Of a stretch of 64,000 bases of DNA, positions 28,317 through 41,581 are shown in pieces (the first letter of the stretch is position 1; every line of letters begins with the position of its first letter). Below the pieces are notes generated by a model. That model did no database searches. It worked only from the letters and a program-made list of their open reading frames with translations, and was not told where the DNA came from. A program made the position numbers and the translations under genes. The stretch lies in assembly GCA_951406725.2 (NCBI GenBank), contig OX597814.1, positions 211,234,001 through 211,298,000 on the forward strand, written 5' to 3'. Source of the DNA: Octopus vulgaris. Its lineage: Eukaryota.

Positions 28317-29502
28317 CATATATACACGCATATATAAATGGATACATAGAAATGCATATCGTAATATAAGAGCTGGATGACATGAGAAAAACCTATTTTA
28401 CATATTGCAAACATCTATAGTAGATCAAAATATTTTATATCTCAAATGTTGAAACTCATTCACCAAAAATTCCATATAATTTTATTATTTAGACAAATAC
28501 ATTAAAAGCGATACATATGGACTCAACTCATACATGCTGCAAATACTGTCTGGTAGTTTATGCTCCTTGAGTCATTATTCCCCACTTTCTCTTCTTCGCG
28601 TACAGAAATACTAATTTCCCATTTGAATCCAAACATACATACACATCTTCAATTTCAGGCTGTTTTGAAACCTCACAAACTTGTCGTTCAATATCACTGG
28701 CAGAAGGAAGCGTACACTTCGAAATCATTTAAAATGAAAGAGATAGATCTTGCTCTCAGAAATCCTAGTAATGTATGAGACACCCGTGAAGATGTAAGCT
28801 CTTTGAATGCTAATACCAGGCCGAATGTGTTTATATAAATCGTTTAGTCGGAACATTCTAAGAGAACATAATGAAATTAAATTGAAGTGGAGAGGTTCAC
28901 CTACTTTTCTCTAGAAATAAACTTTTTCTGGATCTATTGAGAAATGTCCATCCAGCAATATAAATTACTAAATACGTTTTAAATCTGCTACGTCGTGTAA
29001 GAAACAGTCTCTTACATAAGAACTATATTGTTCCTGTTGGAGCACGATATGTATATTCTAGGCAATCTGGTCTACTGTTACACGATGTCACGCCTTGTTT
29101 ACAACTTTGACTTCTTATAAGTAACGTCAAATTCTCATTAAAACGTAAATGAGGAGACGAAAATATAAGTTATGGACTCTGTGGTTGGGATAGTGTTTTC
29201 TTTTTTCAGTTTCTATTTTTATTGTTAAATTCTTTTAAGCAAGGAATTATTGATGCTATCGTTACCCCACATAGTTTTACTGATGATCTAATTGTTAAAT
29301 TTAGTGTTGTAGATATCCTAAAGTGAAAATAATACTGGATCCTGGATAGATCGTCTGTTCTAACCAAACCTAGAAACATAAGTGACATCAGTTTTTCTGA
29401 AGACGGTATGTCGGTAAATCTAAATTTCATTAGTTGCTTCTCTACATACATCAGAATCTATGCAAATAGGGTTTGCAGTGATTGTTAGGGACGGATACAC
29501 TA

Positions 29503-29551
<49 letters not shown>

Positions 29552-29552
<1 letters not shown>

Positions 29553-29746
29553 GAGTGAGAGAGAAGCGCATGCCCTCAAAGTGACCCTGGGGTAAAATAT
29601 ACGAAGCCCAGTATACCCATCATGACTACTCGGCTGATAAGGGTACACTAAGCACATGCATCACAACGAACTCCTAACTTGTCTCATGAGGTCTCTGGAT
29701 GAAACTTGGTGTCAACATGTACAAATACAAAGCGAAAATCAAACAT

Positions 29747-29747
<1 letters not shown>
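29552..29747. mobile_element. Two back-to-back retroposon 3' ends, each with a (TAA)n tail
   Basis: 29552-29667 reads outward into (TAA)n on the minus strand (family unassigned). 29662-29747 matches the Dong 3' UTR at about 38545-38640. Confidence 0.6.
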
Positions 29748-29814
<67 letters not shown>

Positions 29815-29825
29815 AACAATAATCA

Positions 29826-30038
29826 TTTCTACTCTAGGTACAAGGCCCGAAATATTGGAGGAGGCGACCAATCAATTAGATCAACCACAGTACGGAACTG
29901 GTACTTAATTTTTATCGACCTCGAAAAGATAATAAGGCAAAATCGACCTTGTCGGAATTTCAACGCAGAAAGTACCGACGGGGAAAATACTCCCAAGCAC
30001 TTCGTCCAACGTGTGAAATATTATGCCAGCTCGCCGCC
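29826..30038 (-). mobile_element. SINE family C copy inside (TAA)n
   Basis: Ends GCCAGCTCGCCGCC and contains TGGTACTTAATTTTTATCGACC. Confidence 0.8.
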
Positions 30039-30044
30039 TTGATG

Positions 30045-30130
<86 letters not shown>

Positions 30131-30526
30131 CACAACAACAACAACAATAAAAATAATAATATCTTGAAACATCATAAATTATATCTTCTCTTTCATCAAT
30201 GCCATCGATCAATATAATAAGCAATTCATTTAGAAAATATTTTCACTGTTTTTGGCGAGAAATCAAATGCCTATATCGCGAGAAAGAGGTCATATGTTGC
30301 TATACTTGCTATCAGTTTATTCCTTTAAACAGAAGTCTGATTTCTGATTAATCACGTCAAAGAGGTGAGGAATGCTAAGAGGGAAAGAGAGAGAAGAAAC
30401 GTGTTATTAAAAAAGTAAATATCTATTTCTCTTGGCTTTTCATAAATTTTTGGCATGTTTTATTGAACTGTCTTCTTTGCATATTTAATTCTATGCATTT
30501 TGAATTTATATATATTTCATTGCACA

Positions 30527-30582
<56 letters not shown>

Positions 30583-30789
30583 ATATATTTCTCTTAGACA
30601 CAAACATACACACTATTTCGGCTTGTGTGTGTATGAGTGTGCATAAATATACATGTATACATACACATATTAACCTACACATGAGCACACTTATATTCTT
30701 GTAAATACACACACACACGCACAATATATGCAAATTTATATAAATTATATATGCACACATACGCACACACATGTGTGTTTCTATCTAGT

Positions 30790-30803
30790 TAGTTATCTAT
30801 CTG

Positions 30804-30841
<38 letters not shown>

Positions 30842-30876
30842 CATCTATCTATCTATCTATCTATCTAGCTAGCTAG

Positions 30877-30949
<73 letters not shown>
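30790..30949. repeat. (ATCT)n then (TA)n microsatellite
   Basis: Directly visible. Confidence 0.95.
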
Positions 30950-30952
<3 letters not shown>

Positions 30953-31334
30953 CAACTACGGTACTAGTTGAATAATATTCTTAAAGCTACAATGTACTCA
31001 CGCAGCATATTTCAGAGCTCGTTACTTATTCATTTCTTAACTAAATGGAAAACAGTTAACATTTTTGGACAGAACACTATCCTTAGCTACACTTTTGCCT
31101 AAGAGAATTCAGATTTATAAAGTAGAAAAAGTTTACATCACTATGTGTAGCGAAGTTATAAGAGAGTATGTAGTGCCACAAATGATGTTAAGAACTGAAT
31201 AACTTTTCTTTTTATTTCAAAAGCAAAATATATTTATATTAGCTTTAATGATAGAGAAAAGCGTGAAGAATTGTTTTCTCTTGATCCCATACAACAAAAG
31301 TGAGTATAAAATAATTTGTGAGTGATAACTTTGA

Positions 31335-32295
31335 TAACTGTGACGGGTTTCGGCCAGTATATGTCCAGGCCATGTCTAACACAATAGCACCACTTGGTGA
31401 AGTCTTTTAGTCATATATGGGGCACAGTAGCCCACTATACAAAGAGGTATTATTGTTGGAGACATATCCAGGTATAGGAGGTTGGTCTGGAATTTTTTGG
31501 GGAACTTTTCCCCAGTGAGTATTTATGGAATTCGTTTCCGTTTTGACGTATTTTGGTTTGGTATTAAAGAGAGCTCGACCGGTTGAGGTAAAGCAATTGT
31601 GACGTAATGTTGCTCTGTGTACTGAGATCGATTTCTGTAGTAGGCCGATAGCACGTGGTCCAAGTCTTGGATGGGTTTTAAAATTAATGGCAAAATCACC
31701 TGTACTATATTGATGGAATATTTTCCACATAACACAAATGATGTAGCACCCCATCATTGATGTCTTTTACTTTCATAATGAGTTGCTTCGTATGGGGGTC
31801 CACAGTCGGCAACAGTACTCAAGGTGGGGTCGGGTAAAAAGTACTGTAGAGAATGATGATGGTGTAGGCATCTCTAGATCGGTAAGTTTTTAGAATCTGG
31901 TAGTACATATTGCGGGTCAAGTCAACCTTGCCGTTTACGTGAGAACTCCAGCTTAGATTGTTATCAACAATTGTCCAAGATCTCTCGTGTTGCTGGATGA
32001 CACTAGAGAGTCGCCCGAGGGAAGAGCAAATGGTAATTTCAGAGTTTCCTCTTTCCCAAAGTGGATCAAATAACACGTATCTTCATTTAAAAGCATATTG
32101 TTTTTCTTTTGCCCATTGGACAATAGCAAATAGATCTCACTGAAGTCATGTTTGGTCTCTTATGCCGTTTATGGCTTTCTGGAGTTTGGAATCATCCGCA
32201 AAGATTTTCAATGTAGAATTTTTGATGACATCTACAATGTCGTTGATGTAAATAATGAAGAGGAGTTAGCCCAACGCAGCAACTTGTAAGACACC
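31335..32295 (-). mobile_element. 5'-truncated CR1/L2-group LINE (RT C-terminal half plus 3' UTR)
   Basis: Minus strand GVLQVAALG*LLFIIYINDIVDVIKNSTLKIFADDSKL, IVDNNLSWSSHV, PHLEYCCRLWTP and IPDQPPIPGY, with stops and frameshifts. Confidence 0.88.
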
Positions 32296-32708
32296 AAAGG
32301 CAAACTATTGAGTTTAAGCATAATTAACTATTTTACTTTCAAAACAAACTATATATATAATATATTAATGCACAAAGAGTGGACCACTAACTGGATTCCT
32401 TGCACGTTCAAAGGGCTAGTTAAAACCCACACCACCAAAATGAGAATTCATGAATACTTTTTCGTAATTTGGGTCTTAACTGTTTGTTTTAGCTTGTAGG
32501 TAATCCTGTCAATGGTCTCCTCTTAGTGTATAAAACTATTTCTTACACTCTTATATTTATTAAAATATGTTGTGTCTTATGACTATTTATGCATGCTAAC
32601 TAGTGGTAATAAATTAAATTATTTTAATTTATTACCCTCATATGTACGATATAAAACATATTAGGGTATAAAACATAATACGTACACTATTGTATGTAAG
32701 ACGTAATA

Positions 32709-33243
32709 TTGAGGATTGATTCAAAAGTACGGAACTGGTGATTTGAAATGAAAACTATAAAACCTATCAATTTGGAATTTCATCTCCTTCGAAGTAGTCC
32801 ATTTCTGAAGCCGTAGACTTTCTCCAACGTCCTATCCATGGATGGAAGTATTCCTGGAATTCCTTTTTTCGGGATAGTGAGTATCTTCCGCGTCACGTTC
32901 TTTAGGATGTCCTTCACGTGTTGAAATCTTGTTGGATGTTTTCCACAGCGAAACTGACTCTTGGTTTTGGATTCCCCCACCATATATATACAATTGATCA
33001 CCCGTTATGACTGTTATGATTTCGCCTTTCTCCACACAACCAAGGACATCCTGCGCAGCTGAAGCCCAATTAAACAACTACACCCAATGCATTTTATTTC
33101 CGAACAGTGCGATAAACAATGGAATTTAGGGAGAACGTTATAAATTAGTCGGCATAGTCTGCACTAATTTGTGACGGGCTTCCCTCTATATAGTTTATTT
33201 CCGATACCATACCTACAGCCTCGATACTTTTTCATTAGATCTC
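32709..33243 (-). mobile_element. Internally deleted mariner
   Basis: VITGDQLYIYG (TGDETW-like) joined to RFQHVKDILKNVT...DYFEGDEI. Degenerate TIRs. Confidence 0.75.
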
Positions 33244-33570
33244 GCTTGTTTACAGGAAATATAAGACAGAGGTAACGTTTGCCATAATTATAATATCATA
33301 GCACGAACACATAAACCAGATTGTCAACAGAATTCTCTTCTGAATACTGTTTCAATCTTCCGTCACCGCGAGTCCCTGGGTTGAGCTATAGTTACAATTT
33401 TCAACTACATTAGTTACCGTGATTGAATATTTGACACAGTTGCAACTGTATCACACACATACGCACACGCGCATGCACACACACAAACACACACACACAA
33501 ACAGACAAACACATGCACATATATATACGTATGTCTATATATTGCCATCAATATGTATACATTATATACA

Positions 33571-33602
<32 letters not shown>

Positions 33603-34352
33603 GAACCTCACTAATAGCATATCAAAGATATGGCTCCACTACTTCATTCTTTGTATTATTTTGTGCTTTGTGCGTCTGCTCTTTCATAATATTTCCACCT
33701 ATCCTTTGTGATATAAAACTGTACGTATGTGTCTACGAATTTTTTTTAAGGATGTGAACATTTGCAACCTATAAAACGAAGATCGTAAAACTACACAATA
33801 AAGAAGTTCATATTCATGAGTCTAGGTCAGGTCGGATCGATCAAATCTCTGCGCAAGAGCGCTTGGCTGTGTCTATTTTAATGCCATCATCTATAATAAT
33901 TTTAGAATGCCATAATCCAATATATCAATCAGTTACCCTTAATATTTCAGAACTGATTCCGTGTGGAAACGGACCGACAAATCAAATGTACATACATATT
34001 CCAGCCATCATTCTGCATTTCATTTTATTTAACTTCATTTCAAAACTCACAGTATCAAATCTAACTTCTCTAACGATGCTGTTTTATCTGAAGAATATTT
34101 GGCTGCTATTTCTAGCTACGAATAGGGGCTCTCTACTAACACTATATACTGAAGCAATATTCTCCTACATTCTTTTGTGATGTATCATTGTATAGGAAAC
34201 TGTGTAAAATCTAGCTATCCGGGTGGTAATGATTTTAGTGACAGACTATATTCTCAATAGAATATCACTATTACAGATACTTTATAGATATCGATTTGTA
34301 TACGCATGCACATATATACATACATATGCACGCATTTGCACATACAGATATA

Positions 34353-34383
<31 letters not shown>

Positions 34384-35190
34384 AATATATATACATATAT
34401 ATGCATATATATACATATTTACACATATTCATGCGTAGGTATATACATTCATGCATATATACATACATTTATATCTATATATACACAGAAGAAGAGAGTG
34501 ATATATATTTATTTACTTATTTCATATGATTACATGAAGTAAAATAACCTTTGATCATCTATGCTGCCGATTCAATAATAGAGGTTACACATTATATGTA
34601 AACTGTAGTTTATGAAGAAGATAAGTATTGTATGGTATACGACCAGACGGAATACTGATTGTATAAATCCGTCTAAAACTAATACAGAAAGCATTGAAAT
34701 ATCTCATAGAAATAAGGTTTGAAATCAAAGCATCGGTTCTGAAATATTATCATACAGTTCCCGCTGCTTCCTCTGTCCGAATATACACAGACAACCATGT
34801 ATGCATACATACACACATACATACTTCCATACATACACACACGCATATGAGTATATATAAGTATATATAACTCCACATATAGAGCTTCTATTTGTGTAAG
34901 GGAATGTGATCGTACGAGCATGAATGTGTGTCTGTATTACAGTATTGCTGAGTCAATATCATAAATAGATTTTGGCAGAATTATTGTGAAATTTGTCAGT
35001 GGTTATGCAATTTTGAAAGTGTATATGTTTGTGCGTTAGTGTATGTGTGGATGTGCTTCAATCCGATTGTAAGCTTATGATTTGTGTATGACTGTGTGCA
35101 TATAAATTCATTATTTTAGCCACAAATCCGTGTTTCATCTTTAATATAATACCCTAAATTTAGTGAAAAGAATATTATGGAGAATTACAC

Positions 35191-35279
<89 letters not shown>

Positions 35280-35349
35280 TCATTTATCATTCCATTCTTT
35301 AATGTGTTTCCGCCTAAGACCGGCGATACTGGCACAAGTAAGCTGATAG

Positions 35350-35400
35350 GGTACCGTTTCAAGTTTTCCTCCTTTAAATTGTAAGCTGCTTTCTTCAGCC
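35350..35400 (-). ncRNA. Hammerhead-like motif within a roughly 350-bp (TA)n-flanked insert (35280-35633)
   Basis: Minus strand: GG-CTGAAGA-AAG...CTT-GAAA-CGG-TA-CC. Stems are short. Confidence 0.45.
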
Positions 35401-35631
35401 ATGCCATATGTCACTTTGATTTTTTCTTGATCTTTCCTGACTGCTTGTGCTACTTTTGTGTTTTCTGCAGAGCTGTCTATGTAACTCTCTAAGGTCACAT
35501 CAGACAACAGTGGTCCTAATATTTCACATAGGCACCCCACTCGCCCGCTTTTTCAGCTACGCCGAGCCCTCGCATCTTCCCGAATTATAGCTTTAAATCC
35601 GAAACCGAATCATAATGCTGCCTTAAACAGA

Positions 35632-35683
<52 letters not shown>

Positions 35684-36177
35684 GGGAAATTCTCTCTGTT
35701 GGTGTATTTGTGGAGTTGTTAGCCAACTCCTCAATATATCGTTTAATAGATGTAACTTGACATGTGAGTAGAACTCATGTTTGCAAATCTCATGGCATAC
35801 ATAGAATGTTGAAAAACTCGATAATAGGGCTCCAGGAAGGAATCCTCTTATATATAACTTATATATAACATCTGCACAATTGTCAGTTTTTAGCGAAGCG
35901 ATCGATATTTGATTCTCATGATCAGCGGACTGACATAAACAGGCAACATAATATCGGTGATCTCGTTAGCATTCGCTAATTCTGCATTTTTCTACTCAGA
36001 GTTTTGAACTGATAAACTTTATTACACCTTCTTGATTTGAATTTTTAACCTTAAATACTTCATTCATGCAATTATAAACATAAATAATTGTTTTACTCTT
36101 ATGTATACTACATATATATCATATATACATATATATCAGCTTTAATAAATTAGCCTTGATAAATTTAACCTTTAAAA

Positions 36178-37477
36178 TGCCCCGACGAGTTAGAGTACGA
36201 GTGGGTACTTCTACTTGATAAGCTGCTCTAATGAGACAACGGCTATCTCAAGTAAGTCTCTGATTCATTATATTTGATATTTGCTAAATCAAACAATTAT
36301 TTTTCGTCTATTCTACTTCAATATCTAGACAGTTATATACATATTGCTGTAATTAATCTTGACATTGCATCAAAAGAGAGTTTTTCAACATCTCCAAATA
36401 ACTAAATGCTGGCTATGCTTGCAAGGATTTCATTTAAATTTAATTACAGCTTGGATGCCTATAAGTCCGATAATCCTGCATTTTCCCTGTTAAACGTTTT
36501 CGATGACAGTAGATAAATGTTTGATTCCAGAACGTATTTAATAAGTGTGTCCCAATACAATGAACTCATACTTTGAATGCTTAAAATTCATAAAAATGAA
36601 GCCAAACTTTCACACCACATTGAGTTGGGAGACCCTCTATCAGTTATACTTATTTCAGAAATCATAATATGTATTGCTTACTTACTTTTCATACAACATT
36701 TTGATGAAACAAAATGAGGCATGGGATTTAGAAATATTTTAGAGGTTTCATTGATTATGTCTGATTAATTTGAATATAGATTTTTAGTGTGTCGAATTTC
36801 TAATTTTTGCAGACAATATGACTTTTATAATTTATTCATTTAACATACATACCAAAAACACAACGACGTCTAGCACCACAAAGACAAAGAAATGCAAGGG
36901 CACGACAAAATGAGACCTCCGAGTGAAATCCATAGGTGGTAGTGGTGTTGCTGCTTTTGGTCTGCCTCAGTCAGATATGTCACCTGAAGCCCTTGAAATC
37001 GAATATGTACGGTGGATCAATTATGATGTCGAAGAAATGGCAGCGTTTGTGGCTGATAATGAACACAAATTGAACGAGGATAAAAAGACAGCCTTCGAAT
37101 CCTTTATTTCGTCCACTCATAGCGAGACTGGTAATCTCTTCTTTCTCGATGCTTGAGATGGAACTGGCAAAACATTAACTATCAATCATATTTTGGTGAA
37201 GCTGGGACAAAATAAACAGATAGCCCTCGCCGTGGCTTCAAGTAGAACTTGCAACTCTGTTCAACGGTGGACGCACAGCTCATTCATGCTTCAAATTGCC
37301 TTGCATCTTGCAATAAAAAAAAGAGAGATGGCGACCTGCAATATCAGTCGTGGTACTAGAAAACCAAAAATTCTCACCGAGTGCAAATTAATCATTTGTG
37401 ATGAAGCAACAATGAATCATAAGGGGGCTTCAAGATTACTTCAACATCTCAGGTGCAACAGGTTATATGCTGACTAA
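36178..37477 (+). mobile_element. Helitron RepHel pseudogene, Rep domain deleted; may extend 5' to about 35680
   Basis: MPRRVRVRVG start followed by a GTAAGT donor; QRRLAPQRQRNARARQNETSE (36861-36923); FFLDA*DGTGKT (Walker A), IALAVASS, GGRTAHS and CKLIICDEATM (Walker B). Confidence 0.85.
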
Positions 37478-37619
37478 GTAGGAGTAATGCTACTGTTGTG
37501 TCATCTTGCAGATATTAATGTCACCACCACTTATTAATACATTGTTTCGTTCCAGGTAAACTGACATCTGACCGATCAAAAACGACTTTAAATATAACTA
37601 TTCGTGAATTCTCTTCAAA

Positions 37620-38191
37620 ATGAACAAAATTTCGCATCGTGGTGTCATCAAGTACCTGCAGAAAAAAGGATTTAGCCCACGAAGTCATTCACACTGAAAA
37701 GATTGCTGCATTAGATAAGGGCACTGTAGTTTTATCAACAGTGCAAAGTTAGCGGAGTGCAGGAGGGGATGGGATATTTCTGTAGATGACTTGTGGTCAG
37801 GAATTCATACAACTACGACCACCGAGGAATTCAGTGATCGTTTTAAACACATAATGATGGGTGACAGGCAATTGACTATAAATCAAATAGCTAAGGCCAT
37901 TATCATATCTCGTGAGACATTTTTGACAATATTCTACATAATGGACTCTGTATGGCGAAGCTTTCTGCTCGGTGGGCGCAACGTCTTCTAATACCTGATC
38001 AAAAGCGAACAAAGCTGGTCACATCGCGGGAAATGTGACATTGTTTAAATCACATCCCGGTTCGTGATTTTGAATCAGTGACAAAGTGACAACACAACAA
38101 GTGGAAACGTTATTCATCCATTGCGTTAAACAAGGCCAATGTCATTTCATCTGCAGGCATTAGTTATTTTGGGATGCGAAAAGCAGTGTTG

Positions 38192-38192
<1 letters not shown>
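37620..38192 (+). mobile_element. Mariner transposase N-terminal pseudogene
   Basis: MNKISHRGVIKYLQKKG...DRQLTINQIAKAIIISRET... to FWDAK-like. Truncated at (TAA)n. Confidence 0.8.
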
Positions 38193-38256
<64 letters not shown>

Positions 38257-38260
<4 letters not shown>

Positions 38261-38446
38261 CAATACCTGTTGTCATAGGTGCCCTGGGAATGATAGCAAA
38301 AGGGGCTGATAGCTACCTAACTCAGATACCAGGAAACCCAAAAATGGCAGAAGTTCAAAAGATAGTGCTCATGGGAACTGCTCATATCCTACGCAAAATA
38401 CTTTCTATGTAATCTCAAGGTTTAAAACAAACATAATTTTCGGTTT

Positions 38447-38477
<31 letters not shown>

Positions 38478-38638
38478 TTTTTTTCTTTTTAGACATTCAT
38501 TAGTACAACATCCCCACCCCCAAATATATGGCACACTAGGCATAACAACAACATGAACTTCCAACCCTGTTGTCTCTTGAGGTCTCTGGGTGAGACTTGG
38601 AGCCAACTTGTACAAATATAAAGCAAAAGTCAAACATA

Positions 38639-38640
<2 letters not shown>
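38257..38640 (+). mobile_element. R4/Dong-clade LINE 3' fragment, family 1
   Basis: KTIPVVIGALGMIAKGADSYLTQIPGNPKMAEVQKIVLMGTAHILRKILSM* (stop 38410-38412), then a 3' UTR. (TAA)n on both sides. Confidence 0.85.
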
Positions 38641-38670
<30 letters not shown>

Positions 38671-38673
<3 letters not shown>

Positions 38674-39483
38674 GACAAAGAAAAATCCCAGCAATGGTTG
38701 AGAAGCTCAGGACTCAAAGCAGAGACAGAGGGATTTTTGATTGCAGCACAAGACCAAGGCCTCCCCACCAGAAATTACCAAAAACATGTAATGAAAAGAA
38801 ATATAAAAAGTAACTGCAGAATATGTGGAGATGGACAAGAAACAATATATCATATTATCTCTGACTGCCCAGTCCTAGCTAAGAAGGAATATATTCACAG
38901 ACATGACAAAGTTGGAACCTACATACACTGGAAGCTATGCCAACATTATGGAATAACAACAGAAAAAAGATGGTATAGGCACACACCAGAAAAGGTCACA
39001 GAAAACGAGAAAGCAACCGAACTCTGGGATATGCCGATACTAACAGATAGAGAAATTAAGGCCAACAGACCAGATATAGTTGTCGGAGATCATTAAGAAA
39101 AAAAATGCTTTCTAATTAATGTATCAATACCGGCAGATGACAACGTGTCTCTAAAAGAAATGGAGAAAATATCAAAATACAAAGACTTGGAAATAGAGGT
39201 AACCAGAATGTGGAATCTAAAAACAGAAACAATTCCTCTCATAGTAGGTGCATTAGGCATGATAAAAAAATATTTAGACAAATACATAACAAAAACACCA
39301 GGACTTACAAACACATATAACATACAGAAAATTGCATTACTAGGCACTGCACACATCCTACGCAGAACACTTTCCATACAATAACCATCAGAGCATCACA
39401 ACAAATCACAGCACATACCCAAGGCACACAGAGCTGCGCTCGGTAGTGAAGTGAAAGCACGCTATAAAAATAACACTACTGAA
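38671..39483 (+). mobile_element. R4/Dong-clade LINE 3' fragment, family 2 (CCHC plus restriction-like endonuclease)
   Basis: AAQDQ, CRICGDGQETIYHIISDC, RHD, RPDIVV, LINVSIP (D to N), KISKYKDL. One in-frame stop at 39094-39096. (TAA)n flanks. Confidence 0.92.
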
Positions 39484-39485
39484 TG

Positions 39486-39543
<58 letters not shown>

Positions 39544-39623
39544 TAAGTTCCTTTTCCTGAAATGCTGAATTATTTATTCTTTATATGAAAGGTATATTAG
39601 TATACACATAGTGATGTAATATA

Positions 39624-39690
<67 letters not shown>

Positions 39691-39781
39691 AGAAGGTTGA
39701 AAAGGAAAGCACGAACTGATATGTATGCGGAATATAAGACAAGGTAGAAAATGCTAAAATAATTTAATCACTAAGAGCATT

Positions 39782-39819
39782 TTAGTACCGCTTTCTGTCC
39801 TTGCGACTTTTTCAACTTA
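39782..39819 (-). ncRNA. Degenerate second copy of the 7396 hammerhead-like motif
   Basis: Minus strand: AG-TTGAAAA-AGTCGCAAGGACA-GAAA-GCGG-TA-CT. Confidence 0.4.
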
Positions 39820-40427
39820 GAGTAAAGCATAATATAACAATTAAATTGTGGAAAAATTAAATGAAATGCTTTTTTTAAAATATTGCAAATGCAAATGATA
39901 TTTTCGTTTTATCTATCTGTTTCTCTTTAGAATTTTTTATATAATGCATATATACACACATATGTCTACATATATATGTATATATATACATGCATATATA
40001 CATGCCTACATATATATGTATATATACATGCATATACAAAGGACGTCAAAAAACGTGAACAAAATGAGAAACGAGGAAATAAAAAAACAAAATCACGGAA
40101 AACGATTAATTTTTGAACAACGAAAGAAACAAATAGAGAAACTAGACAGGGAACAAAAAGTACATTCCCTTCATCAGTTGTGCCCTGTATTTTCTACTCC
40201 GCGCATCGAGTATAGGGACAAAACGCGACTTCGTTAAAATAGTTATTCCCGTTAAGCAAATTAAATAAAAATTTGTGATTTTTTGCCGAGGGTTAAAGTG
40301 GTAACAAAAACAAGACAGTACAAACAAAACTGTAAAAATAAATGGTGAGAGCTGTTAAGCCTCAACGTGGTGAAGTGGTGAACACTGGAAAAACGAGCTT
40401 TGAGTTTTATCTCTCTCCCTCTCTCTT

Positions 40428-40476
<49 letters not shown>

Positions 40477-41176
40477 TATAAGTGTGTGAGTATTATGTGA
40501 GAGTGAGAGTGAGAGTGATAGATATTTCAGAATGAAAGAAGAAAAAAAGAACGGGAAGGGGAGGAATCTCTCGAAAGTGTATGCATGTGGAAGCTCGACT
40601 GTGATTACAAAAGCAGCTAAAATAATCTTACAAATATGATAGAAATATATATACTTAGATGCATTGTTCATGGAAGAGTTGTATGTAAATGTGCGTGACT
40701 GTGTGTTTGTCTGTGTGCTTCCGTGTGTGTTTGTGCATGTTTGCATGTCTGCTTTTGGGTATTTGTGTATGTTTGCGCGTGCATGCACTTGTTTTGTTCT
40801 TAGAAGTGGGTCAATTCTGATACAGCATAAGCATGGTTAAAATCGATCCGTTTCTTAGGCAATTTTTCTTTGTTTCAAGAAACACTATATCGAGAACTAC
40901 ATTTTGTAATGCATCCGTCGACTGTTAAAAAAACAGTACGTTGTAGATATACGTAGATATACGTTGTAGATATACGTAGCTGCTAATTTTTTCATAGGTC
41001 GAATGTCCAAGAAGAAAATCTTTTGTTGTTCTCATTTGTTTGTAGATATATGGAATTATAGTTGCATGTAATGAGCGCTTCCCTTTTTTTTCTTTCGCAT
41101 TGATGAAAATCCTAGGTTTCCTAGGAAGATTTTCTTTTTTCTTTAATATATAAAATAAGACTGCGTATGTCTGGAA

Positions 41177-41581
41177 TCTCTTTACTCTCTCTTTTACTTG
41201 TCTCAGTCATTTGACTGCGGCCATGCTGGAGCACCGCCTTTAGTCGAGCAAATCGACCCCGGGACTTATTCTTTGTAAGCCCAGTGCTTATTCTATCGGT
41301 CTCTTTTGCCGAACCGCTAAGTGACGGGGACGTAAACACACCAACATCGGTTGTTAGGCAATGCTAGGGGGACAAACACAGACACACAAACATATACACA
41401 CACACTTATATATATATATACATATATACGTCAGGCTTCTTTCAGTTTCCATCTGCCAAATCCACTCACAAGGCATTGGTCGGCCCGGGGCTATAGCAGA
41501 AGACACTTGCCCAAGATGCCACTGAACCCTAAACCATGTGGTTGGTTAGCAAGCTACTTACCACACAGCCACTCCTGCGCC
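41177..41581 (-). mobile_element. SINE family A copy
   Basis: Matches 4800-5225 with a roughly 10-bp deletion near 41520. Confidence 0.9.

Noticed and set aside
31340-31375. GGCC...GGCCGAAAC hairpin on the minus strand
   Set aside because: No CUGANGA; better explained as the CR1-like LINE 3' UTR stem-loop
40140-40235. CTGATGAAGGGAA...TTCCCT on the minus strand as a hammerhead
   Set aside because: No GAAA after stem II. Probably a decayed PLE terminus, but the core is incomplete
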